A DNA stretch of 64,000 bases from Candidatus Woesearchaeota archaeon (GCA_016935095.1 JAFGRO010000076.1:15030-79029), one strand, 5' to 3'. Numbered from the stretch's first letter, positions 1 through 9,095 are shown. The notes: generated by a model not told the origin, from the sequence alone. Numbers and translations are program-made.

Positions 1-1
1 A

Positions 2-223
2 ATTTATGATGTGATAAATCTTTATTCAGGCATGTCCAATAGCCAGATATATAAGGATTTAGAAGAAAAAACCCTTGTTTTAAAATGGCTTGTTAAGAAC
101 AATATAACAGATGTCAATGAACTGGGGCTGATTATGAGTGATTATTATACAGACAAAATTGAACTTTTAAATAAGATTACAGGGGATGTTTCTCAGAAGG
201 AAATAATTACTGAGGCCAGGTGA
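2..223 (+). CDS. C-terminal fragment of a gene running off the window start; function not recognised. Possibly the C-terminus of the pilus-assembly ATPase that usually precedes TadB/TadC genes.
   Basis: Open frame without a stop from the window edge. Stop TGA at 221-223 overlaps the GTG start of the next gene. Confidence 0.3.
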   Translation: MYDVINLYSGMSNSQIYKDLEEKTLVLKWLVKNNITDVNELGLIMSDYYTDKIELLNKITGDVSQKEIITEAR

Positions 224-1062
224 TTATTATTTTTAATGTATTGATAAAACAACTGTTTCCTAATCTAGAATTAACATTAAGGAAAGCAGGCAAAAAAGAA
301 TCTCCCCAAGAATATACTAACAAATATTCAAAATATTCATTGCTTTTTGCTTTTCTTTTTTCTGCCTTTTTTTTAATAGTTATTCTGGAGGGTATTAACA
401 ACAGGGGCTGGCCTACCTTTTCATTAATATTTCTTGTTCCGTTGTTTTTTGCTTTATTTTTTGCTTTTTTATTAATGTTTTTTTCAGTTCTCAGGCTGAC
501 TATATTTAACAGGAGATATGAGCTTGAATCTGATTTATTATATTCCTCAAGGTATTTACTTTTGAAATTGGAGAGCGGGGCCCCTTTGCTGAATGTATTG
601 ATAGATGTGTCAAATCTACACACAAATTCAAGCAAATTTTTCAGGGAGATTGTTTCAGATATTTATCTCGGAACTTCTATTGAAGAAGCTGTCGGGCTTG
701 CAATCAAATATTCTCCCTCTCCAGCATATACGAAGATACTTGAAGAAATTAAAAATTCCCTGAAAACAGGGGCAGATATTGAGAAAAGTATGAAATCCAC
801 TCTTGAAAGCCTGACAAAAGAGCATTTAATTCAGATTAAAGCATATGGGAAAAAATTATCACCTGTGTCAATGATGTATATGATAATCGGCACAATCCTG
901 CCTGCATTGGGTTCTGCAATGATTGTGGTTGCCACGGGTTTTATTGAATTGCCATTGAAAACTTCATCAACAATGCTTGTATTTCTTGTACTGGTTCTGC
1001 TGATAACCCAGTTCTTTTTTATCTTGCTATTCAAGGCATTGAAACCCCAGGTGATGGCATAA
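220..1062 (+). CDS. TadB/TadC/FlaJ-like pilus assembly membrane protein (type II secretion system F domain), first of two
   Basis: N-terminal TM helices followed by a T2SS-F-like soluble domain. GTG start overlaps the upstream stop. The stop at 1060-1062 is immediately followed by the ATG of a paralogous gene. Exact start uncertain. Confidence 0.55.
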   Translation: MIIIFNVLIKQLFPNLELTLRKAGKKESPQEYTNKYSKYSLLFAFLFSAFFLIVILEGINNRGWPTFSLIFLVPLFFALFFAFLLMFFSVLRLTIFNRRYELESDLLYSSRYLLLKLESGAPLLNVLIDVSNLHTNSSKFFREIVSDIYLGTSIEEAVGLAIKYSPSPAYTKILEEIKNSLKTGADIEKSMKSTLESLTKEHLIQIKAYGKKLSPVSMMYMIIGTILPALGSAMIVVATGFIELPLKTSSTMLVFLVLVLLITQFFFILLFKALKPQVMA

Positions 1063-2058
1063 ATGGCAAACATCTTATATAGAATAGGGAAAATACTTGT
1101 GCCATTTAAATATGATCATAAATTAAAAGAATACGTCAAAAAAACAGGAAGCACAAAAGTGCATTATGAATTATATGCTTTAATGTTTATTTTTAGCTTT
1201 CTTTTTTCAATACTTATTATCTATTTTCTTTTGCCGAAACTTGGTTTTATTATGATTGTTTTTTTTCCTGTTTTGATTATAACTATTTTCCTTGTTTTTT
1301 CTCTTTTGGTATGGATGTATTATGAGATTAAGCTTTTTAAGAGAAAAGAAAAAATTGAAAAAGTTTTACCGGATTTTCTCGGAGAGGTTGCAGTAAACTT
1401 AAGGGCAGGAATGACCTTTGATAAGGCCTTGTGGAACTCTGTAGAGCCGGAATACGATGTTCTGGCAAAAGAGATTGAGATAGTTGCAAAAAAGGTGATG
1501 AGCGGAAAGGATACAGAAGATGCATTAAGGGAATTTTCGTCAAAATACAAGTCACCTATATTAAGGGAATCTATTGATCTGATTATTGTTGGTTTGAGGT
1601 CAGGCGGGGAGATATCTGATTTAATCGAAAGGGTAGTTGACACAGTAAAACAGGCCTCTTTCCTAAAAAAAGAACTGGTTGCAAATATTATGAGCTATGT
1701 TATTTTTATTTCAATGATTTCTCTTTTTATTGCTCCTACACTTTATGCATTATCTTATAATTTGATGCTGATAATCCAGGATCTGGGGACAAAATTGACT
1801 TCGTCAGGCGCTACAGGCATGGTCTCTGGTTTAAGCACTTTTGGACAGGTTGTCATCAGCAGGAAGGACTTTGTAGATTACTCAAGATGGTGCATTGTTA
1901 TTATCTCAGTAACAACTTCCCTTATTATAGCAGATCTTAGAGAGGGAAGCATAAAAGGCAGCATTAAATATGTGTTTATTTTTATAGGCATTTCTTTAAT
2001 AGTTTATGAGATTATGTTGATAATGTTTACTGCAATTTTTTCAGGGATGGTTGTTTAA
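1063..2058 (+). CDS. TadC/FlaJ-like pilus assembly membrane protein (T2SS F domain), second of two
   Basis: 331 aa. TM helices flank a cytoplasmic T2SS-F-like domain (VLPDFLGEVAVNLRAGMTFDKAL...). Translationally coupled to the preceding gene. Confidence 0.6.
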   Translation: MANILYRIGKILVPFKYDHKLKEYVKKTGSTKVHYELYALMFIFSFLFSILIIYFLLPKLGFIMIVFFPVLIITIFLVFSLLVWMYYEIKLFKRKEKIEKVLPDFLGEVAVNLRAGMTFDKALWNSVEPEYDVLAKEIEIVAKKVMSGKDTEDALREFSSKYKSPILRESIDLIIVGLRSGGEISDLIERVVDTVKQASFLKKELVANIMSYVIFISMISLFIAPTLYALSYNLMLIIQDLGTKLTSSGATGMVSGLSTFGQVVISRKDFVDYSRWCIVIISVTTSLIIADLREGSIKGSIKYVFIFIGISLIVYEIMLIMFTAIFSGMVV

Positions 2059-2100
2059 TTTGATTTAATTTCCTTTTACTTTTAATTTTTCATAATTAAT

Positions 2101-2236
2101 GGAGAGCACACATTGCCCTTGCTGTAATTGAAGACGTCCCTCAATGGTTCCCTGCTCTTATCTAATTAGAAGGGGCGCTTGTGGAACGTCCTGTTTAATG
2201 TCAAGGAACAATCATCCAATCTCACCAAGCCTGAAT
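2101..2236 (+). repeat. Conserved ~135-nt GC-rich intergenic element, copy A of 3 (candidate structured ncRNA or MITE-like family)
   Basis: Shares blocks with copies at 38915-39050 and 43006-43143: TTGCCCT, GTCCCTCAATGG.TCCCT, GAAGGGGCGCTTG.GGAAC, ATCCAATCTC.CC.AAGCCT.AA. Lies about 175 nt upstream of the pilin gene on the same strand. Confidence 0.6.
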
Positions 2237-2409
2237 ATAAATTTTAATTAAATTATATTTTATTTTCACTAAGCCTGATTATTAATTCTATAAAAAAATT
2301 CTTAAAATAAATAAAAGTTGATAGAGAAAATTTTATATAGGTGAAGATATAGAGAAAAATTAATAAATCCGTTTATTATTAGAAAATTTTAAAAAGAGGC
2401 TGATTTACA

Positions 2410-2898
2410 ATGGAACAAAATTCTAAAAAATCACAGGTTGCCATGGAGTCATTGATGGTATATGGCATTGCAATATTGATAGTTATGTTAGCGGTTGGTG
2501 CGCTGATATATTTTGGTGTGCTTGATTTGGGCGCTTATCTCCCTGACAGCTGTAAGATAAAAGGAGGGAGTTTTGAGTGTGTTGACTTTGCAATAGATGC
2601 AACAGGTGGTGGAATAAATATTGATATTAAAAACAGGGTGGGCAAGACTATAACAGATTTAGAAAGCTGTTCTTGGATTTCAGAAGGAGACAGAAGCGGA
2701 ACACTGCAACCTGATAGAAGTGAAGTGGCAAACGGGAACACTGTCCTGCTGACAGATGGAGAGAGTGGCGAGGATTTTGAAGAACTGGTTGGCAAAAAAA
2801 CAAAGTTGACTTTTACATGTCAATATAAGATTTCAGGCTCTTCAATCCAAAGGACATTTAACGGAGAACTAACAACTACAGTAAGCGGCAGTTATTAA
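2410..2898 (+). CDS. Archaeal type IV pilin-like protein with class III (prepilin) signal peptide
   Basis: N-terminus MEQNSKKSQVAMESLMVYGIAILIVMLAVGALIYFG matches the KK(G/A/S)Q-x-x-x-E prepilin motif followed by a hydrophobic helix. Sits next to TadC-like genes. Confidence 0.6.
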   Translation: MEQNSKKSQVAMESLMVYGIAILIVMLAVGALIYFGVLDLGAYLPDSCKIKGGSFECVDFAIDATGGGINIDIKNRVGKTITDLESCSWISEGDRSGTLQPDRSEVANGNTVLLTDGESGEDFEELVGKKTKLTFTCQYKISGSSIQRTFNGELTTTVSGSY

Positions 2899-2938
2899 AC
2901 ATAGGAAGAATAATTTTAATGAATTTTTTATTAAAAAT

Positions 2939-3682
2939 ATGAAATCAAATAAGTTGAATATTTTTTTTTACTTTCTTATCTTTCTAGTTATTATTCTGTC
3001 ATCCTGCTCACGCTGCCCTAAATCATGCAATGACGGCAATTCCTGCACCATGGATTTCTGTGACAAGACAACAGATTTTGAATGTGCCCATGAGCAGATT
3101 CCTAACTGCCACTGCGGCAATAAAGAATGTGAAGAGGATCTTGGAGAGAATAAATGTACATGTGAAAAAGACTGCGGGAAATGCAAGGAAAGTGTGAATG
3201 AATATGTTGAGTACAGGTGTGTTGATGATGAATGCGTTTCAAAAGTTAAGGAATCTGTTGAGATTGTCGAACAGACAGTTATCAGAGAGGTAAAGACCTC
3301 TTATTTCCGGGTTGACCTGAAAATAACATATGAAGACCCTTTGAATGTTGAATTATCCAATGTTATTTCTGAATTTAGATTAGATGATATAAATAAAGAT
3401 ATAAGAAATTTCAAAATAACAGGAATCACTATCTTTGATGATAAGCAGATTTTAATGAATGAGCAATTATTTACAGAAAAGATGACAGGTATTGGAAATT
3501 CCTTTGAAAAGCTGATTCCTTTGAAAGGATACAGTAATATTGACCTGAAAAAGAAAAAAACACTTTATATGGAAATTTCCTATGAATATGAACAGAAATA
3601 TGGTACAGAATACAGGACAGTCAGAGCATCCCAAAAACAGAAATTTGGTCCTGTGCTTTTAATTAATGCTGATTCTAATTAA
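2939..3682 (+). CDS. Cys-rich secreted lipoprotein (lipobox LSSC), function unknown
   Basis: Signal peptide plus LSSC lipobox. About 24 Cys in the first 100 mature residues (CPKSCNDGNSCTMDFC...). Confidence 0.45.
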   Translation: MKSNKLNIFFYFLIFLVIILSSCSRCPKSCNDGNSCTMDFCDKTTDFECAHEQIPNCHCGNKECEEDLGENKCTCEKDCGKCKESVNEYVEYRCVDDECVSKVKESVEIVEQTVIREVKTSYFRVDLKITYEDPLNVELSNVISEFRLDDINKDIRNFKITGITIFDDKQILMNEQLFTEKMTGIGNSFEKLIPLKGYSNIDLKKKKTLYMEISYEYEQKYGTEYRTVRASQKQKFGPVLLINADSN

Positions 3683-4389
3683 CATCCAAAGCGCCGTTGC
3701 CTTTTTGAATATTCATTTAAACATTTGACAAGATCTTTTTTTTCAAATTCAGGCCACATCTTCTCTATAAATATGAATTCAGAATAAACACTTTGCCACG
3801 CCAGAAAATTGGATGTTCGTTTTTCCCCGCCGGTCCTGATAATTAAATCAGGGCAACTATCAAGATATAGATTCCTGGAAAAGGTTTCTTCATTTATCTG
3901 TTCAATGTCTATTTTTCCGGTTTTAATCTCTTCAGCAATTTTTTTAACAGCGTCAATGACTTCTTCCCTGCCGCCGTAAGCCATTGCTAAGTTTATTGTA
4001 TAATTATTATTCTTTTCTGTTTTTTCCATAATCTTGCTCATCATTTCTTGAATGTCTCTTGGAAACATCCAGGTTCTGCCTATAACATTTATCTTTATTT
4101 TAAATTTATCAATTCTCGGATCTTCAAACGATTTTTTGAACCCTTCCCTGAAAGTATCCATTAAATAATTAAATTCATGTTTTGGCCTGTTAAAGTTCTG
4201 TACAGAAAGGCAATATAAAGTCAATTCACGAATATAAAATTCCTGGCACCATTCCACAAGTTTTTCTACTTTTTTAAAGCCCCATTCATGGCCTTTCCAG
4301 GGTTTCATCATTAAGCGCTTGGCAAACCGTCTATTCCCGTCCAGAATAATGCCTATGTGTTCAGGAACTTTATTAAGAGTTGGTTCCAT
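3679..4389 (-). CDS. uppS: Undecaprenyl/di-trans,poly-cis-decaprenyl diphosphate synthase (cis-prenyltransferase)
   Basis: HIGIILDGNRRFAKR ... YAFS.ENW.R ... RTGGEKRTSNFLAWQS motifs. Start placed at the internal MEPTLNK (4387-4389) because the longer ORF overlaps the divergent gene at 4445. Confidence 0.8.
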   Translation of the reverse strand: MEPTLNKVPEHIGIILDGNRRFAKRLMMKPWKGHEWGFKKVEKLVEWCQEFYIRELTLYCLSVQNFNRPKHEFNYLMDTFREGFKKSFEDPRIDKFKIKINVIGRTWMFPRDIQEMMSKIMEKTEKNNNYTINLAMAYGGREEVIDAVKKIAEEIKTGKIDIEQINEETFSRNLYLDSCPDLIIRTGGEKRTSNFLAWQSVYSEFIFIEKMWPEFEKKDLVKCLNEYSKRQRRFGC

Positions 4390-4444
4390 TTTATATAAAA
4401 GATTTATTACACATATATAAAAATTTTTATTAAAAGACAAATTT

Positions 4445-5122
4445 ATGAAAAATATGAGACCCGAAATTAATGAAGAAAACCCTGCAGCTGACATTAAGAG
4501 ACCTTGGATAGGGCCATTAAAATTAATACTTGCACTATCTCTGATTTTACTTATTTTAATTGCAATTATTCCATACACCTCGCTCAGATTAGACCCTGAA
4601 CCAAAAAACATTCCCAGTCTGGAAATAATACCTAAAGACATTGGTCTTAGAAACAGTACATTACAGATAAATGAATTAAATGATTTTAAAAAATTAATTG
4701 ATCCTACTGACCCGGTAATTAAGCAAATTGCTGTAAAAATTGCCTCACAGAGTTGTGATGATTCAAATCAAATCTGCCATGCAAAAGCGATTTATTATTT
4801 TGTTCAGGCTAACTTTGGGTATGTAAGTGACCCAATAAAAAAAGAATATATAGAACATCCAAGAGAGAGTCTTTTTTCAGGTGCAATGGACTGTGACGGG
4901 CATGCTATATTGTTATCAAGCTTAATGGAAAGTATAGGAATAAATTCAGAACTGGTTTTTATCACAGGTCATGTTTTTGTCAGGATAGAGCTTGAGCAGG
5001 CAAGAAAGAAATATAGAAGAGGAAACTGGGTATACCTGGATTCAACCTGTAAAACATGCAATTTTGGTGAAATTCCGGTGTCAGACTTAAACAAAGAAGA
5101 ATATTACCTGGAAGTTCCATGA
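4445..5122 (+). CDS. Membrane-anchored transglutaminase-like cysteine protease family protein
   Basis: N-terminal TM. Cys-His-Asp core pattern GAMDCDGHAILLSSLMESIGI ... ITGHVFVRIE ... WVYLDST. Confidence 0.55.
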   Translation: MKNMRPEINEENPAADIKRPWIGPLKLILALSLILLILIAIIPYTSLRLDPEPKNIPSLEIIPKDIGLRNSTLQINELNDFKKLIDPTDPVIKQIAVKIASQSCDDSNQICHAKAIYYFVQANFGYVSDPIKKEYIEHPRESLFSGAMDCDGHAILLSSLMESIGINSELVFITGHVFVRIELEQARKKYRRGNWVYLDSTCKTCNFGEIPVSDLNKEEYYLEVP

Positions 5123-5572
5123 TTAAGAGGGCAATCCAAAAAACTTAAATATAAACTTCAATTTCCTATTAATATATTATATAAATGGGTCTTTATATGA
5201 GCTGAACTTTGTTTTGCAGTGAATATAAAACACTCTTATATAATACAGCCCGTCACGAGAGTACCCATAGGAGCTCACGTTAAAAACAAGCTATGAGCCT
5301 GGGAGTTAGTGTTTCGGGCAACATTATTATTCATAATTAAAATCAGGGCAAGTATTACACTCCATTTATCATTTATTCAATTTTTTTGAAAATAAGAGAG
5401 AATAAATTAATAGATACTTGTTCTGAATTCATCCAGCATAAGAGGTGTAGCAATTATGTTCACTAATCATGAATTTACCTTTTTATTTAGGTATAAGCTC
5501 TTTCTTATGTTGGATTGTGTAAAATAGTTGTATAGAAACATTTGTTTTGAAAATTGACAGGAGGAGACAAAA

Positions 5573-6838
5573 ATGGGAAAAATAAGTCCAGTATCAGCAA
5601 AATATATTATTCATGCGTCAATTGATATAGAAGGAGTAGTAGACAGACCAGATGTTATCGGCGCGGTATTTGGTCAGACAGAAGGTCTTTTAGGCAGTGA
5701 ACTGGAGCTTAGAGAGCTTCAGCGTTCTGGCAGAATAGGCAGAATAGAAGTAGAAACTGAAACAAGGAGCGGAAAAACAAAAGGATCTATTGTTATTCCA
5801 TCTTCACTGGATAAAGCAGAAACAGCAATTGTAGGAGCAGCACTTGAGATTATCCAGAGAATTGGGCCTTGTAATGCTAAAATTCATGTTCAGAATATAG
5901 AGGATGTCAGGGTTTCAAAAAGACGTTATGTAATTGACAGGGCAAAGGAACTTCTGAAGCAACTAATGGATACAGTTATGCCGGACTCACAGGAACTAAG
6001 TGATGAAGTGGCTTATTCTGTTAGGGTAATGGAAATTAAGGAATATGGTAAAGCAAGACTTCCGGCAGGGCCTAACATAGAGGATTCAGATGAGATTATT
6101 GTCGTGGAAGGAAGGGCAGATGTTTTAAACCTCTTAAAACACGGGATAAAAAATGCTGTTGCAATTAACGGTACATCTATTCCTCCAGAAATTATTGAAT
6201 TAGCTAATAAAAAGATTGTTACTGTTTTTGTTGATGGTGATCGTGGCGGCAAATTGATTCTACAGGAATTAATGGGTCTGACAGAAATAGATTTTGTATG
6301 CATGGCACAGCAGGGAAAGGAAGTAGAGGAGTTAACAAAAAAAGAGATTCACAAATCACTGAGGGGAAAAGTTTCAGCGGAACAGGCGAAACTGGAATTT
6401 AACTTGCAAACACCTGAGCCGGAATCTGAAAGAAAGAAAATATTAATCAAATCAACAAAAGAAATCAAACCCACTATTAAAAAACCTATTTCAAAAACAA
6501 TTCCTGTAAATGTTCCTGAAATCAAGCAGGTTAAGAAAAAAAGCCTGGATGATAATGAAAAAAAGAAATTCAACAGTATGCTGGAAAGCCTGATAGGAAC
6601 AAGGGGAGCTTATATTCTTGATGAAAAACTCAATATTCTGGGTAAAGTCCCTGTAAGTGAATTACTGTCTACAATTAAAAGCCTGAGTTCAGGGGTTTAT
6701 GCAATTGTATTTGACGGAATAATAGAAAAAGACCTGCTTTCAGTATGTGAAAAATCAAATATTAATTTTTTAGTGGGTATGAGTTCAAAGGTAGGAGATT
6801 CTCCGCAATTAACAATCTTAACAGCAGATGATTTTTAA
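5573..6838 (+). CDS. dnaG: Archaeal DnaG primase (Toprim domain)
   Basis: N-terminus MGKISPVSAKYIIHASIDIEGVVDRPDVIGAVFGQTEGLLG is typical of archaeal DnaG. Toprim motifs IIVVEGRADVLNLLKHG and VFVDGDRGG. GGAGGAG SD lies 6 nt upstream. Confidence 0.85.
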   Translation: MGKISPVSAKYIIHASIDIEGVVDRPDVIGAVFGQTEGLLGSELELRELQRSGRIGRIEVETETRSGKTKGSIVIPSSLDKAETAIVGAALEIIQRIGPCNAKIHVQNIEDVRVSKRRYVIDRAKELLKQLMDTVMPDSQELSDEVAYSVRVMEIKEYGKARLPAGPNIEDSDEIIVVEGRADVLNLLKHGIKNAVAINGTSIPPEIIELANKKIVTVFVDGDRGGKLILQELMGLTEIDFVCMAQQGKEVEELTKKEIHKSLRGKVSAEQAKLEFNLQTPEPESERKKILIKSTKEIKPTIKKPISKTIPVNVPEIKQVKKKSLDDNEKKKFNSMLESLIGTRGAYILDEKLNILGKVPVSELLSTIKSLSSGVYAIVFDGIIEKDLLSVCEKSNINFLVGMSSKVGDSPQLTILTADDF

Positions 6839-6848
6839 TTAATTTTTT

Positions 6849-7988
6849 TTATTTTTTATAAAATACAATAATTTTGGATTCGTTTCTTAGTTTTGAGATA
6901 TAATCTAAATACAATTCCTGTTGTTTTTCCAGCTGCAAAGACTCTTCTATCTGAGGTTTAACTAATTCCAAATCAATAATCTCTTCTGCTTTTCTTTCAT
7001 GCATTTTTATTATATGAAAACCAAATACTGTTTCAACAATCTCTGAAACCTGGTTTTCTCCTAATTCAAAAGCAGCGTCTTCAAATTCAGGAGCCATCTG
7101 TCCCCTGATGAAAAACCCAAGATTTCCTCCAATCTGAGAAGAGGGGCAGTCAGAGAATTCACGAGCAAGTGTTTCAAAATCTTTACCTTCTTTGATTTCC
7201 TCCAGAATATTGTTTATTTTTAGAGTAGCCTCTTCTTTTGAGAGGTTACTTGTACATCCTAAACTTTCATTATGGCAGATTAAGATATGGCTTGCATTAA
7301 TGCTTTCCGGAATTGTAAACTGCTCTTTATTATTATTATAAAAATTCTTTACTTCCTCTTTACTTACCTCAACAGTTATTGTCTTGTTTAGTAATTTGTT
7401 AATTATAAATTCATTTTTATATAATTTAAGAAACTCATCATATTCAATACCCTGTGTTTCAAGCTCTGTTTTGAGCTGTTCTTCATCCATCATATATGAA
7501 GCTAATGTCAGATTAATGCTTTCTTTGACCTCTTCTTCAGAAACATCAATCCTGAGTTTTTTGGCTTCTCTTAGCAATAGTTTTTCATCAATCATCTGTT
7601 CAAGCAATTTTTCTTTTGGGATAATTGATTTATATTCAGAAGGTAGTTTTTCAAATTGGTTATCTAACTCTTTTAAAGTTATTTTTTCATCATTGACAAC
7701 AGCGGCAATAGCATCATTTCCAGTTCCTGATATTTTTTGTTTTATTTGTACTAGAAAATTCATTATAAAATTATCACTGCTTTCAATTTCTAAACTTCCT
7801 AGATAAATCATTGCACATCCTAAGCCGAGAATTAAGATTATACCTATAATAAGTATTGCATTTGAAATTTCCCTTTTTAGATAATCTGATTTTAGTTTAC
7901 TTATATTTTTATCATTGTTTTTAGGCTTGTTTTTTTTGGTAAGCTTTTTTTTCCTGATGCTCTTGACTTCAGATTTTTTATTTGCCAC
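6849..7988 (-). CDS. Membrane-anchored parvulin-type peptidyl-prolyl cis-trans isomerase (SurA/PrsA-like)
   Basis: Lys-rich N-terminus and one TM helix. C-terminal PpiC/parvulin domain (ASHILI...GGNLGFF.RGQMAPEFEDAAFEL). Confidence 0.65.
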   Translation of the reverse strand: MANKKSEVKSIRKKKLTKKNKPKNNDKNISKLKSDYLKREISNAILIIGIILILGLGCAMIYLGSLEIESSDNFIMNFLVQIKQKISGTGNDAIAAVVNDEKITLKELDNQFEKLPSEYKSIIPKEKLLEQMIDEKLLLREAKKLRIDVSEEEVKESINLTLASYMMDEEQLKTELETQGIEYDEFLKLYKNEFIINKLLNKTITVEVSKEEVKNFYNNNKEQFTIPESINASHILICHNESLGCTSNLSKEEATLKINNILEEIKEGKDFETLAREFSDCPSSQIGGNLGFFIRGQMAPEFEDAAFELGENQVSEIVETVFGFHIIKMHERKAEEIIDLELVKPQIEESLQLEKQQELYLDYISKLRNESKIIVFYKK

Positions 7989-8123
7989 TTTAAATCAACC
8001 CCCAACCTACTATTAACAAAAAAGTATTATATAAAAAGATTTTGTTTTTAATCCGAAATAATGATTTTATAATAAATTTTAAATACTTTGAAATATAAAT
8101 ATATAAATAAAGGGGTGTATTGA

Positions 8124-8393
8124 GTGGTTGATGATTTTGAAAAATTAAAGAAATATCAGAGCTTTCTTCAGAAAAGTATAATAAAAGAGCGCCAGATAGA
8201 TAAAAAAATAGAGTTAATAACTATTATTAACCATTTGACTGCCGGCCCAAAAAACCTGGTCCAGAAAGAGCAGATAATAATTGAAGCTAATTCCCGAGGA
8301 TTTAGTGATGATGAGATTGAAAAATTAATCCAGGAACTTAAGAGAGATAATATTATATATGAGACTTCACCGGGCTACATCAAAAAAAGGTGA
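8124..8393 (+). CDS. Hypothetical small protein (possible winged-helix)
   Basis: 89-aa ORF with charged helical composition. No confident family assignment. Confidence 0.3.
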   Translation: MVDDFEKLKKYQSFLQKSIIKERQIDKKIELITIINHLTAGPKNLVQKEQIIIEANSRGFSDDEIEKLIQELKRDNIIYETSPGYIKKR

Positions 8394-8458
8394 AACCTTT
8401 TTCGGGCTTTAAAAATCAATTTGATTTTTAAAATATTTAAAAAGAGTAGAAGAACAAA

Positions 8459-8620
8459 TTAAATGTCACTGCCTTCTTCTTCAGAGCTTAGTTCCCCCTG
8501 ATTACATCTTTGACAAACAAAATCAGATGTGTCATATCCCTTGTAAACAACAACCTTCACCTGTTTACCACATACGCCGCATATAAGGCTGATTTCTTCC
8601 AGGTCAAATTCATCTGCCAT
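8459..8620 (-). CDS. Small zinc-ribbon protein (53 aa; CxxC-x18-CxxC; acidic C-terminus)
   Basis: Hand translation: MADEFDLEEISLICGVCGKQVKVVVYKGYDTSDFVCQRCNQGELSSEEEGSDI. Below the ORF-track length cutoff. Confidence 0.4.
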   Translation of the reverse strand: MADEFDLEEISLICGVCGKQVKVVVYKGYDTSDFVCQRCNQGELSSEEEGSDI

Positions 8621-8735
8621 TCTTAGTTCACTTATAAGTTTAGAGTGAATTGTATCTATAAATTTAAAGCTTTTGTTTTTTTTGGAAAATTTTAAATATA
8701 TTCAATTTTCCTAATTTACCCAGAGGTGATTTCAG

Positions 8736-9095
8736 ATGAAAAAAAAAGATTATATGGTAAGAATAAAGGACAGCCAGATTTCATGGACTAACAAAGGAAC
8801 TTATAAAAATCTTCAAAAAACAATTAATGACCTTTTATCCAATGAAGAGCTCATTCAAATAGAAAATTCAATATCTCACTTACATCTGATAATAAAAGAA
8901 TATAATCATAAAGTCCCTCAATATTCTTACTTTGTTTATGAAGAGCCGATCTTTTTTTCATTGAAAGGAACGTATAAGAATCTGCTTAAGGTGGTAAACA
9001 ATATTCCTGAGGGGGAAGAATTCTTCCAGATAACAACTACGCCGACGCATCTTCATTTAATAACAAGAAAACCAAAAGGAAAAACTAAGCTTTAG
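8736..9095 (+). CDS. Hypothetical protein made of two tandem ~45-aa repeats
   Basis: KGTYKNLQKTIN...ISHLHLII repeated as KGTYKNLLKVVN...PTHLHLIT. Confidence 0.35.
   Translation: MKKKDYMVRIKDSQISWTNKGTYKNLQKTINDLLSNEELIQIENSISHLHLIIKEYNHKVPQYSYFVYEEPIFFSLKGTYKNLLKVVNNIPEGEEFFQITTTPTHLHLITRKPKGKTKL

Noticed and set aside
2101-2236. Repeat element as 5S rRNA, a tRNA-derived SINE or a C/D-box sRNA
   Set aside because: No 5S loop-E or helix signature. No tRNA-like acceptor and T-arm. No conserved RUGAUGA/CUGA box pairs across the three copies.
4390-4641. N-terminal 84-aa extension of the uppS ORF in the six-frame track
   Set aside because: The extension is hydrophobic and non-homologous, and overlaps the divergent gene starting at 4445. 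The conserved UppS domain begins at the internal Met.
7384-7806. 140-aa plus-strand ORF antisense to the parvulin PPIase gene
   Set aside because: Ser/Leu-rich low-complexity shadow ORF inside a well-supported minus-strand gene.
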